A stretch of 63,988 bases of DNA, filler included, from Licmophora abbreviata (taxonomy: Eukaryota): the NCBI GenBank assembly GCA_900291995.1. It is 11 parts of 11 records of this genome, joined end to end, with 100 filler letters (N's around TTAATTAATTAA, not from the genome) between each part and the next. Parts side by side here need not be neighbours in the genome. Positions count along the whole stretch, not along the records: positions 1 to 1,120 come from OLMU01005358.1; positions 1,221 to 2,818 come from OLMU01005359.1; positions 2,919 to 8,292 come from OLMU01005360.1; positions 8,393 to 24,307 come from OLMU01005361.1; 7 more parts are not named here. One strand, 5' to 3'. The notes under the pieces were generated by a model that had not been told where the DNA came from, ran no database searches, and was given only the letters and a program-made list of their open reading frames with translations. Made by a program: the position numbers and the translations under genes. This document shows positions 1 to 9,887 of this stretch, one piece after another; the first letter of the stretch is position 1, and the number at the start of each line of letters is the position of its first letter.

Positions 1-32
1 ATTTGATTCATCATGAAAGCAGTATCATAGCA

Positions 33-874
33 ATGAAAGCAGTACTCTTCCTGTTCGCCTGGGTGGCGTCCCGCACTTCCGCGGTTGCATTTCAGCAGAA
101 GAACGGCGGGGAGACTCGACCCTTGCCCCGTCCAGCAGCGGAATCGCCTAGCGGTCCAGCGCCTCTCGCCGGGGGTGGCACTCCAGGCTGCCGCGGAGGA
201 TCCGGCTTCAGTCCTTTCAGCCATGGATCGCCTCTCTTCTTTTCTTAGGATGATGAGTGCAGAACAGCAGTCTGACTGGAAGACGTTCGTGCAAATCGTA
301 CTCGTGACGATTCCTTTTACTGGTGTGCTGCTATTCGGGATCAACTTGATACTCATAAGGCTAGAGGACAAAATCGAGTCGAGCTTCAAGAGTCTGAAGG
401 CCGAAATCGAGACGAGTGCCACGACTCAGAAGTCCGAAATAGATTCGAGATTGGACAAGCTAGACAACAAGCTGGTCAATCAGACCACCTTCATCGAGTC
501 GAGTCGAGTCGAGCGTCAAGATTCAGAAGTCCGAAATCGAGTCGAGATTGGACAAACTGGCCAACGTCATCGAGTGGACAAACACCAAGGTTGATGGTCT
601 TGCGCAAGTCATCAATACTCGTTCAGGTCTCGAAGACGCGGCTAGAAAAGTGTATGCGGATCGATTGGACAACCAAGAAGTTGCTATGAAATTGAAGTGG
701 GAGAAGATGGAAGATCAGATGGACAAGCGAGACTTTGCTGTAAAATCGAGATTGGAGAAGCTGGAGCATCAGATGGACAACCAAGGCGACGCTTTGAAAT
801 TGAGTTTGCAGAAGCCGGAGCGTGCGGCGGAAGAGCACCCCGACCGGGATCATTGGGAGAAGCTGGATGAATGA
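33..874 (+). pseudogene. Frameshifted gene for a putative plastid-targeted single-pass membrane coiled-coil protein
   Basis: ATG at 33 gives a signal peptide (MKAVLFLFAWVASRTSAVAF). A transit-like segment, TM helix (IVLVTIPFTGVLLFGINLILI) and heptad repeats follow in frame 85..594, then the repeats (SRLDKL) continue in frame 548..874. The second shift coincides with (TCGAG)4 at 494-513. Confidence 0.55.
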
Positions 875-1120
875 AGATCTTGCCACTATGCTGCAATATC
901 AGGTAGCCACACGGTGTTCTAGGGGATCTACATTGACTGGGAGCGCTGCCTTAATTTTGTTGGGACTATTACACTTTAGGGTTTGTCTGGCAGAGCAAAA
1001 CTCAGAAGCTAGAGAAGCAATACGAGTATTTCCATAAACTATACAAATGATCTCTGATTCCATAACTAGCTATCAAGAAGAGGGCGAGGCATATTCTTGG
1101 CAAGTCGTACCGTTGTTGCT

Positions 1121-1220
1121 NNNNNNNNNNNNNNNNNNNNNNNNNNNNNNNNNNNNNNNNNNNNTTAATTAATTAANNNNNNNNNNNNNNNNNNNNNNNN
1201 NNNNNNNNNNNNNNNNNNNN
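1121..1220. other. Artificial scaffold spacer (44N-TTAATTAATTAA-44N), first of ten
   Basis: Identical 100-nt spacers with stops in all six frames at 1121, 2819, 8293, 24308, 27367, 28751, 34545, 39626, 43675 and 51064. Confidence 0.98.
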
Positions 1221-1521
1221 GTTGTTGTTTCGCAACAATAGACCTTCACATCCAGAGTTCAACCTGATTGGGTGATTTGTCACTACGGTAGAGACGCCTG
1301 GCCTCTTCTGACATCTCTCGGAATCACGAGGAGATCTTGCTGATGCTCCGTGGGAATGGCAATGCGAAATCCGAAATCCGAGCGCTCGCGCCTTTCGCCC
1401 CCCACCGCGCCATACCGGTACCTGGTACCTTTACATCATGTCTGAAACGTCGACAATTTTGGAACACCGCGTGTCCATGACCATCGCTGAGGCACACACC
1501 CACCGGCTCAAACCATAAATC

Positions 1522-2735
1522 ATGTTCCGCTCCCACCTGATGCAACAGTTTGCCTCCGTAGCTAGGACACAATCGCGTCCTCCATTGGCCTTGACATCGA
1601 TATCGACCTCTCGGCCATCCGGAGACGCGTCCAGCAGTGATGCACGACTCATTGGAGCCCCACAACGCGCTGCTAGAAAGGCAACGCAGACTTTGCCTCG
1701 TCAACGACGACAGGTAGCAGTGTCGATATCGTCATCTGCGAGTCAAAACAGCACTGCACGTTCCTCATCACTTGGTAGAAGGAGTCTGTCAGGGCCTGCG
1801 GAGTCCTCGTCAGCAGATGTCTGGACGACGACTAGCACTGCACCTCCAGAGCGGTCGGACACTGAGAGCCCCACCCATTCAGTAGACGAAAAGAGTCACT
1901 CCTCGACTCTTCTTCCTTCGCCTTCCGCGCTACACTTTCAGTCTCTCCTGCAGTCTCGCACTACAGCATCGAGATGGAATCACGACCTTAACAGCTCTGT
2001 TTCACCGCGACTGCTCTCCGAATCCCTCGACCGGGCCATTCTCTGCGCACGGCACGCCCCAAACCACAAGCGGACCGAACCCTTTCGCTTTGTTCGTATG
2101 CTGCGTCGTGCAAACCGTAACAGTAGTATTGAAGCATTGGCTGATATCTGCTATCATGTCACGCTGCATCAGCGCAGTAAGCTATCACCGAAGGACCATG
2201 CAGAAGTGCAGGCGGCTTCCAAGCGAGACAAGTGGGCAAAGATACCGGCGTATCTAGTTGTGCTGGTCGATACTACTTCTACTACCAGCTCAACTGAGAG
2301 CGACACAACTCCAGGCCATGGCAGTATCGGGGAGTATGAGGAGCTTCCGTTTGAGCCACCTCGGACAGAGCGACAGCTCGAAGATGTAAGTTTTTTTATT
2401 GTTGCTTTCACTATATCTAGTAACATGACCACCCTGCTCACCACTTTCTTTTCTCGCTCGTTCGTGTATGAAACTATTTTCATTATTACTAGTACGCATC
2501 TGCATCGGCCGCAGTCCAGAATGTCCTCTTGTCACTTCACTCCGAGGGCCTCGGCACCAAATGGGCGACTGGGCCAGTAATTCATACTCCAGCATTTCGA
2601 ACCCTCTGTGGCGTCCAACAGACGGAGCGCGTCGTGGGCTTAATCATGGTGGGAATTCCGGTGGATACTGCGGCATTCAAGAACAAACCACGGAGGTATC
2701 GGCGAAGCTGGGATGATCTTGTGCACGATGTGTAA
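1522..2735 (+). CDS. Nitroreductase family protein (2 exons: 1522-2385, 2493-2735), probable organellar presequence
   Basis: SRTT, APNHKRTEPFRF and, after splicing a GTAAG..TAG intron, EDYASASAAVQNVLLSLHSEGLGTKWATG: typical FMN-dependent nitroreductase motifs. The N-terminus is Ser/Arg-rich. Confidence 0.85.
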
Positions 2736-3169
2736 TATAGCAAGAGACAATGATACCTCGTCTCTATAGGAGTCTCGTCTCTCGTATCGTACGACCTGCT
2801 AACCGAACTTGAAACTGTNNNNNNNNNNNNNNNNNNNNNNNNNNNNNNNNNNNNNNNNNNNNTTAATTAATTAANNNNNNNNNNNNNNNNNNNNNNNNNN
2901 NNNNNNNNNNNNNNNNNNATTTCCCGGCGACGTACCATCATGCGAGCTATTCGGTCAGCTAACGCTCTCAAAAAGCGCGAAACCTGAAGCCGCCCAAACT
3001 CCAAACTCAGAACAGATTTCGACAATCCAAAACATCGGCGACCCACAACCTACGAACATGATGCTCTGACCATGTTCCGTCGTTTCTTCTTGACACAGCA
3101 TGCTCAATTTCTACTCGACGACAGCCGCTACATGCCAACAGAGTGCTATCCCGGCAACACGCCACTCGG

Positions 3170-4217
3170 ATGAATTGTCGTCATCGATCACGACGACACG
3201 CATCTTGTACTGCGTTCCTCGGGTGTTCTGCAGCGTCCGCCCCAGCGCTGCTGCTGCTGATTTCACAGTGCGATGCTCCCCGTCATGATGAGGATGAAGA
3301 CGATAATCCCCTCTGGCCTTCTGGTGTGTCTCACGACATGGTCAATCGCTACGTTGATCAGATTTTGGCCGATCCGGCCATCAACATGCGCAGCATACCC
3401 GACAGTATGGAGCGCGTCATTTACGTATCGACGGTACGAGTCACACTCAACGCTGTGTATGAAACAGTTTCGACATTGCATGGAACCGAACTACTAGGCC
3501 ATCGTATGGTGTTGAGCAGAAGTACCTTGCAGGATGACATTGTTGCGCTCGACTTTCAACACAATTCGGGAAAGATTGATGTTTCGGTACTCCAAGCACT
3601 CGCCGACGAGTTGCTAAAGAGCAAGGCCATTAATCAGCGGTGGTTGCCGGATCGTATCGAAAAGCAAATCTATACCAACTGTCTGCGCATCGTTTTTCAA
3701 ATACTGGACAAGATTGCTGATACTGTCTCCTTTCGCATGTGCGGACATGAACTCAGTCTAAGCTTTGAGCCCGTGAGCGAAGAGAAAGCGCAGGAATTGG
3801 CAAAACGACAACAATCCAAACAGTTGTCAGATCATCGAGAGATCGACGCGATGGTACTCCGCACGCTGGTAGAAGAAACTATACGGGAGTCGCAGCGGGC
3901 ATCTTCGATTGGTGCAGCCGTCTCATACCTGCCATTCTATGAGTCGTTTCTCCGAGCACTGCACCGGACGCTCTGTGAGTCGAGAGGATGCGGCGACAAG
4001 AGCACTTGATGTATCATGATGTTTTTTTCTCTCTGACATATCTTCTTTTACTGCACCGTCGTGCGCAACAGATAGTCTGATTCTTGGAATCGTAGACGAT
4101 ATATTGCAAAAAACTGAAATCATTATTCTGGGAGAGATTGTTCGTATCAACTTGGTCCCCGAGAGAGTCTATCAGAGCCGGCGGGGGCAGGTGACTCTTG
4201 AAAACGACACTGATTGA
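3170..4217 (+). CDS. Hypothetical protein with internal helical repeats (exons ~3170-3974, 4072-4217); 5' end uncertain
   Basis: Long ORF. A GTGAGT..CAG intron restores the frame (LYSLILGIVDDIL). Repeats VDQILADPAINMRSIPDSMERVIY / ADELLKSKAINQRWLPDRIEKQIY. Confidence 0.65.
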
Positions 4218-4596
4218 TAAACAGGTCGTGTCAGAGGATCGCAGTAGAGGTAGCACGAAAATGATGGTAGAGACCATGTCGTGGGCGATGATCGTCTCAG
4301 CTTTCATGTACTACGCTTGTCCCACGTTGTGTGGTGCGGAACGCGGCGACGTGACATGTTCAATGTGACGTCCTACCCCGGTATCACATGGATTCTTGCC
4401 TTGCGGCTCAATCAACGGTTGAAGCGGAGCAAGTTAGACAATGTCAATAACAATGATGGTAACTCTCTACTCGACTCTTTTTATTGCACTGTATAAGTCG
4501 CTACTGGATGTTTCCCCGCCTGGACTTTTACTAAGATTTCGTCACATCTCGGTTGGGAAGTATGTATCATGAAGGGAAGCCGTTCCCGATGGGGTT

Positions 4597-5271
4597 TCAA
4601 CCCAGGGCCACACCAATCACCGAAATACGATCCGTGCACTTTACGCTCCCGTACTCGGATAGTCCTTTGACAACCATCTTCTCGTCAACTTTCTGGCCGG
4701 GCAGGGCAAACGAAGAGGGTCCATTGTTCAGGGACTCGGTGCACGTGTACGTTTCACCCGGAGCAAGTGGACCCGTAGGTTCGGGGCATAGGCTTCCAAA
4801 AAGCTGTTCAATCCTTCCCGTCTTTTCGTCATTGACAAAGACGACAACATCCATTTCGGTGAGTGTGACACTAGACTCGGATTCGTTTGCAATCTCATAC
4901 GTGAGGGTTAGGTCTGAGTTCGGAAACAACACAGTCGGAGACACGGTGTACGTGCAAGATATTGGTGATTTGCAGGTATATCCGGTGCACCAGGGTTTAC
5001 CCTTGTCAGCACATGCGCCAGTGCACCAAGCTTCGCCAAGACAAGGGCGGAATGAGCACGAACTGAAGGCGAGGTCGCGGTGCTCTTCGTCTCTCGAATA
5101 TCGAAGGTGGGGACTGATGCCGTCGGTGGCGTCAGAGCCAGCCTGGCGGCCCTGGCGTCTACTTTCATCCTCGACCAGCTCCGCATGTTCCTTCGAGCTC
5201 GATCCATGAGTCACGCTCAGTAGGGCGAAACAGGTCAAGATAATGGCAATGATGTGATTGTAGAACTTCAT
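4597..5271 (-). CDS. Secreted Cys-rich protein: signal, acidic pro-region ending RDL, 6-Cys module, Ig-like C-terminal domain; paralog of 41238-41927
   Basis: Signal MKFYNHIIAIILTCFALLSVTHG; CSFRPCLGEAWCTGACADKGKPWCTGYTC; LTYEIAN...LAPGETYTC. Clear colinear similarity to 41238-41927. Confidence 0.8.
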   Translation of the reverse strand: MKFYNHIIAIILTCFALLSVTHGSSSKEHAELVEDESRRQGRQAGSDATDGISPHLRYSRDEEHRDLAFSSCSFRPCLGEAWCTGACADKGKPWCTGYTCKSPISCTYTVSPTVLFPNSDLTLTYEIANESESSVTLTEMDVVVFVNDEKTGRIEQLFGSLCPEPTGPLAPGETYTCTESLNNGPSSFALPGQKVDEKMVVKGLSEYGSVKCTDRISVIGVALG

Positions 5272-5951
5272 GATGCTTTTTTTCTGTCTGTGTAGAAGAG
5301 GAGGTGATGTTCTGTAAGGTATTTTCAAACGAACCGAGCTGCATCGATTCCTCATCACACATGGAAAAGAATGAGATCCTGCTAGCGACTTAGAAGGTAG
5401 CTAGCGAGCCCTAATGCACGACATACCTTGCTCTTGTCTACCCTCAGATAAGTTGTTGTGTGTTGTGTGTTGTGTGTCTTCGAGTGTCGATCCCACTTTT
5501 TGTGTGAGGCCATACTGAGAGTCGTGACGCCATCGCCAATTTGTATTTTGATATGCTCAAGGCTGAAGTACTACAAACAATTTGAAGTATTGAAATTTAT
5601 TCAATCATGTTCATCCTACACACCCCTCCTGGCAGGCTTTGGCGTTGTGGACAGGTAAGTCACGCGGGACTCGATCGGGACTCGTTGGTGAGAACGACGC
5701 GTCTGGCCATCGCGCCGCATCAATTCGAAACCGGAGCGCACACAACACACCCAAACCGCGGCGACACCGCTGTCGCAAACGAGTTTCATTGCAATTGACG
5801 GGCTAGTGGATGACGCTCTGTCTGGACTCTCTATTGTAGCAATGTCGATTCAGGTTGACGGCGACGCGCAGCAGCAAGACACCAAAACCAGTGATGATCC
5901 ACCCGTCCACGACGACACGCCGACAGCAGCTCGACGAGCACGCAAGACTCA

Positions 5952-6980
5952 ATGCCGCCGATACAGGAACAAGGCGATGACGACATTCAAGCGGGAGATC
6001 ATATCTATCAGTGGAAATCTTTTGCTGGGATCCCTGGAATGGTACAGCATCATGGGATTGTACTCGAAAGAAGGCGGCGGCGCAATAATGCTAGTAGCAA
6101 TACTTCAGAGCTCGACGAGGAGGAAGAAGAGTGGACGATTGTCGACTTTTCGGTCATGTTGAGCACTGCTACTGGTAGTAGACAAGAGGATAAAGAAGAG
6201 ACAAATGAGCATGTTGACACGAAACACGAAGTGGAATCAAGTGAGACTGTCGAAGTTAAGGATCATGACGAGCAAAACGGGTCCAAAAAGTCTGCCGCTG
6301 ACGCAATCGATGATGAAGCATCACCCCCCTCCCACGCTGGTACTGACCAATCGCATCGCAGGACCCTCGTTCGAAAACGCCCAGGCAGTAGAACTCTTGT
6401 CGAACAGTCAAATCCTCACAATCATTGGCATAAGGTGCGCTACCAAGCGCCCTTTTGGAGACGACACTTGCATCGATCTGGCACTTGCACGGCTGTACCA
6501 CCGGACTCTGTCGGAATGGTCCTTTCACGAGCTGCATTTCTACTCGACAATCCATCGGCTCTCCCTCCCTATCACTTTCTCAAAGCCAATTCGGAATGTG
6601 TCGCAGTATGGTGTAAAACCAACACGTGGGCAACGCTACAGGCATCGTCATTTCTGGAACTGACCGCGGCCGGTCAAGTCAAGAGTGCTGGGACTCTGGC
6701 CATGGCGGCGAGCAGTACGCAGGTGACCGTTCCGGCGGCTGGTGTCTGGGGGTGGTTGGGATTCACGACCAAGGTGAGCCTCTTGGCAACACAACCATGG
6801 TTGGTACCGGCTCTCGCGGGATATGGATTGCTCAGCGTCGGTGGACCGGTATGGATGTTGGCACGATGTAAGTCTGTCTGGAACGAAACAACGCAAAGAC
6901 TTCAAGAGGAACTATGGCAACATGCGCTAGAACGACCCGATGAGTTTGCCGAGCATATGACTGAGTGGAGCGAGCTGTAG
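5952..6980 (+). CDS. LRAT/NC-domain (permuted NlpC/P60) family protein
   Basis: GDHIY..QHHGIV and YHFLKANSECVAVWCKT match LRAT-domain motifs, followed by a hydrophobic C-terminus. A possible N-terminal extension from ATG 5842 lies in another frame. Confidence 0.75.
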   Translation: MPPIQEQGDDDIQAGDHIYQWKSFAGIPGMVQHHGIVLERRRRRNNASSNTSELDEEEEEWTIVDFSVMLSTATGSRQEDKEETNEHVDTKHEVESSETVEVKDHDEQNGSKKSAADAIDDEASPPSHAGTDQSHRRTLVRKRPGSRTLVEQSNPHNHWHKVRYQAPFWRRHLHRSGTCTAVPPDSVGMVLSRAAFLLDNPSALPPYHFLKANSECVAVWCKTNTWATLQASSFLELTAAGQVKSAGTLAMAASSTQVTVPAAGVWGWLGFTTKVSLLATQPWLVPALAGYGLLSVGGPVWMLARCKSVWNETTQRLQEELWQHALERPDEFAEHMTEWSEL

Positions 6981-7170
6981 GCACAGCTTACACGATGTAA
7001 GGAATGAAACTGGGCGCGTCTTTAAGGGACGATCGATTGCGCCTCGAATTTTCGTTGAGTCTTGAAATTTTTGCCAAAAACATCCAAAAAACCAAAAGAC
7101 GACCGAACCGTCCTCACAACAGCGACGATGGCGCACCGCACCGACGCTCTATGTTGACAAAGCCCTAGCC

Positions 7171-7419
7171 ATGCTGGACCGTTTCCGTCCTCCACCTTCG
7201 CCACTTCCTCCTGTTAAACCTTCTGGATTGGCAATTGCGGCCTTTGTCTTGTCCATCGTAGGTATCGTCTTTGCGATTGCCGCACTTGTGGTCGGTATCG
7301 TCGCGCTCGCTCTGGTTGGAAACACGAGGAGACGGCTGCAGCGAGCACTAGAGCAAACACAAATAGAAGAGAAGCAGGAGACAGCGAGCATTACAGATGA
7401 GCACACGAAAACTGAGTGA
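7171..7419 (+). CDS. Small single-pass membrane protein (82 aa)
   Basis: ATG, Pro-rich start, ~30-aa hydrophobic helix followed by RRR, then a charged tail; AT-rich region downstream. Confidence 0.45.
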   Translation: MLDRFRPPPSPLPPVKPSGLAIAAFVLSIVGIVFAIAALVVGIVALALVGNTRRRLQRALEQTQIEEKQETASITDEHTKTE

Positions 7420-7549
7420 GGGTGGTTGAATAAAAAAGTAACGATTTACTTATAAATTTAACTGAAGCATTCATTCAACGTTTCAAAGCAATCCAGAACG
7501 GGTGTTCGCACGCAGCTGATAATGTGCAAGTCGTGTGTTTCGAGAAAGA

Positions 7550-7915
7550 TCAATCGACCCAGTGGTCAGGCTCCACATCATCTGGCGGCTCTCCTTGCAT
7601 GACTTGGGTGATTCTCCTCATGAGCGTGGGGCTGTCTGGATCCTCCATGTCGTGCGTCTTCAAATCGTCCTGGGCAACGAGCAACGTTCCGACAGTCACT
7701 CGTTTCTTCAAGTTGACCTCTGGAAACTCGGGCTTAGGCGCATCGGAGAGTTCCTTCACACTATTAGACTGCACCAACAAGGATCCCACGCACTCGCTAT
7801 TACTCTTGCCACTAGCCATCACGTTCGGAATAGACGACTGGGAGAGCTCTTGAACGTCGCGGGACGGAATGAGCAAGGATCCGATGCATTCTACAGTCGA
7901 TTCTTTGCTTGACAT
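7550..7915 (-). CDS. Hypothetical 121-aa protein with 2-3 short internal repeats
   Basis: ECIGSLLIPSRDVQELS / ECVGSLLVQSNSVKELS / VTVGTLLV. Repeat conservation at the amino-acid level supports coding. Confidence 0.55.
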   Translation of the reverse strand: MSSKESTVECIGSLLIPSRDVQELSQSSIPNVMASGKSNSECVGSLLVQSNSVKELSDAPKPEFPEVNLKKRVTVGTLLVAQDDLKTHDMEDPDSPTLMRRITQVMQGEPPDDVEPDHWVD

Positions 7916-8563
7916 GGTTGCTTCGTACTATGTATGGAAGACTGACTACGGGTCAAGAGAAGGTTTGCACTTCAGGATGACATCAAAGTTCCAACGACGA
8001 CAAGTGACACGGGAGTTCTCATTCTCTTCGTTTTGAGTTGCGAATTGGCAGTTCGGGATTGCGTTTTTGCGCGCCAACCTCCTGATAGTTTAATTAACAT
8101 AGAGCTCGAGTAAGCACTTAGTATTGCTAGCTTTGTGCGAGCTCAATTCCACAAAGGTATCAAAACATGCTTGAAGACTTTGGAGGGGGAGACGAGTGTT
8201 AGAACGAGAAGGGGGAGCAAAGAAGCTGTTGAAATGTCCAAATGCAATTTCAGATCAAAGTTGCGTTTACCAATTCTTACTCGTATTTCGCTNNNNNNNN
8301 NNNNNNNNNNNNNNNNNNNNNNNNNNNNNNNNNNNNTTAATTAATTAANNNNNNNNNNNNNNNNNNNNNNNNNNNNNNNNNNNNNNNNNNNNAGATCAAA
8401 CGTTGCGTTTATCAATTCTTACTCGTATTTCGCTCCCCAACACGATGAGCAACAGAGATCCAGGTACAGACCGTCCTTGGAGTCAGCTAGCGTTGAGGGA
8501 CACTGTTGGAAGACTGGCGTCGACTAGATAAACTACGCCCGCGGGCTTGCAATCGCTACATCT

Positions 8564-9652
8564 CTATTGAACGCTGACGAGCTTGTCGGCAAGCACCTGC
8601 GAGTTGACGCACCACTCGCGATCGTGTCTTCCACGGATAGGCCCTTTCTGAGTCTCTTGCTGCTTCGATATTGTATTGGACACCACCATACACCGACTCG
8701 TCGACCAGTCCAGTGATTGCAAACACTGTACCACGAGCGCCGCCACATCTTCGCGATAGACGGCGGAACTTCCGCCGCCACTGCTGTCCTCATTAAAGTC
8801 CTGCATCCAATCACCAGGCTGATATCCACTCGCTGCTGCGTAGTCACCAGCTAGTGTAAAACTGTCAAGTGCCAGCTCACCCTGAACTCCCTTGATGTAT
8901 GTGTAGTCCGGGAAGCTTTCTAACTTTCCTTGTATTCGCACATAGGTGAATGGCAATCGAGATGAGTCAAGTAGCTTGGCACACGTCTCCTGCAGTGAGA
9001 GTGGAGTACCAGGTGCCTCAATCACTACAACATGTTTCACAGTATCAGCCTGCCGACACGCTTCTATCGTATTGGTCAGAATCGTTTCGTGCACAGCATC
9101 ATCTTCGCAACCAACTCCGAAAACTCCTGCCCGTGGTTTATCCATATAGAACTCATACGTTTTGTCGTTGGGGGTGCGTCCATATGTATTGCCCGTGATA
9201 GGTCGCTCTTCCAATGTATATAGCGTTGAGCATATCACCGCATCCGTGTTGGACAGCCGTCCCGCAATATGAGTTGAATCTTGCATATTACACAGCCTCA
9301 CCTGATCTTCGGACGCAAAAGCCAGTACAAATTGCTTCGAGAGGATCTTATTGAGACAGGTAGAAGCCACTGACGTAGCTCCCATTGCAATAGGTCTATT
9401 GGAGAGTCCAGTTCCGTACAGACTCCCGGCTCGCTGCAAGAAACCAAACAGCGTGGCTCCCAGGACCCCGCCGCATCCCAAGACGCCGACGCGCTGTTTT
9501 TGGACGGGGGAGCTGGAGGAGCCTCGATTTTGTTGTGGTGCTACTGGCAAAGACAGTGCATATGTAGTTTGAAGAATGCAGCAGTGGAAGAGAAGAAGGA
9601 GGAGAAGAGAGGATGCGCCGAAGCGTCGTTCGGGGAGCGTCGTTGCCGCCAT
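8564..9652 (-). CDS. Plastid-targeted atypical SDR / NAD(P)-binding Rossmann-fold protein
   Basis: Signal peptide (LLLLLLFHCCILQTTYA-LS), VGVLGCGGVLG dinucleotide-binding motif, FTYVR and VYREDVAALVV (atypical SDR-like). Confidence 0.7.
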   Translation of the reverse strand: MAATTLPERRFGASSLLLLLLFHCCILQTTYALSLPVAPQQNRGSSSSPVQKQRVGVLGCGGVLGATLFGFLQRAGSLYGTGLSNRPIAMGATSVASTCLNKILSKQFVLAFASEDQVRLCNMQDSTHIAGRLSNTDAVICSTLYTLEERPITGNTYGRTPNDKTYEFYMDKPRAGVFGVGCEDDAVHETILTNTIEACRQADTVKHVVVIEAPGTPLSLQETCAKLLDSSRLPFTYVRIQGKLESFPDYTYIKGVQGELALDSFTLAGDYAAASGYQPGDWMQDFNEDSSGGGSSAVYREDVAALVVQCLQSLDWSTSRCMVVSNTISKQQETQKGPIRGRHDREWCVNSQVLADKLVSVQ

Positions 9653-9711
9653 GGTCGAAATATGAAATGTGAAATGTATAATGGCAGATCTTTTTCATGC
9701 CATCGTATCAC

Positions 9712-9719
9712 TGACGTCA
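9712..9719. promoter_or_regulatory. TGACGTCA (bZIP/CRE-type palindrome) in a bidirectional promoter
   Basis: Exact palindrome in the 235-bp gap between divergent ATGs at 9652 and 9888. Confidence 0.35.
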
Positions 9720-9887
9720 TTTTCCGGGTCTCTATCTTTCGGCCCGATAAAATCAGTCTCATAACCCATTTTGTGGACCTCCATTCATCTTTGCTACGTG
9801 AAATTCACGTAGGTTTCTGGTATGGTACGCACCACGAGTTCGAGCCGTCAAACAGAACAATCCATCACTCTGCCGACATATGCGACC

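Noticed and set aside
4553..5209. 218-aa plus-strand ORF and many other antisense ORFs (e.g. 10272-10922, 30694-31431, 62205-62930)
   Set aside because: These are shadow ORFs opposite well-supported genes and have no motifs of their own.
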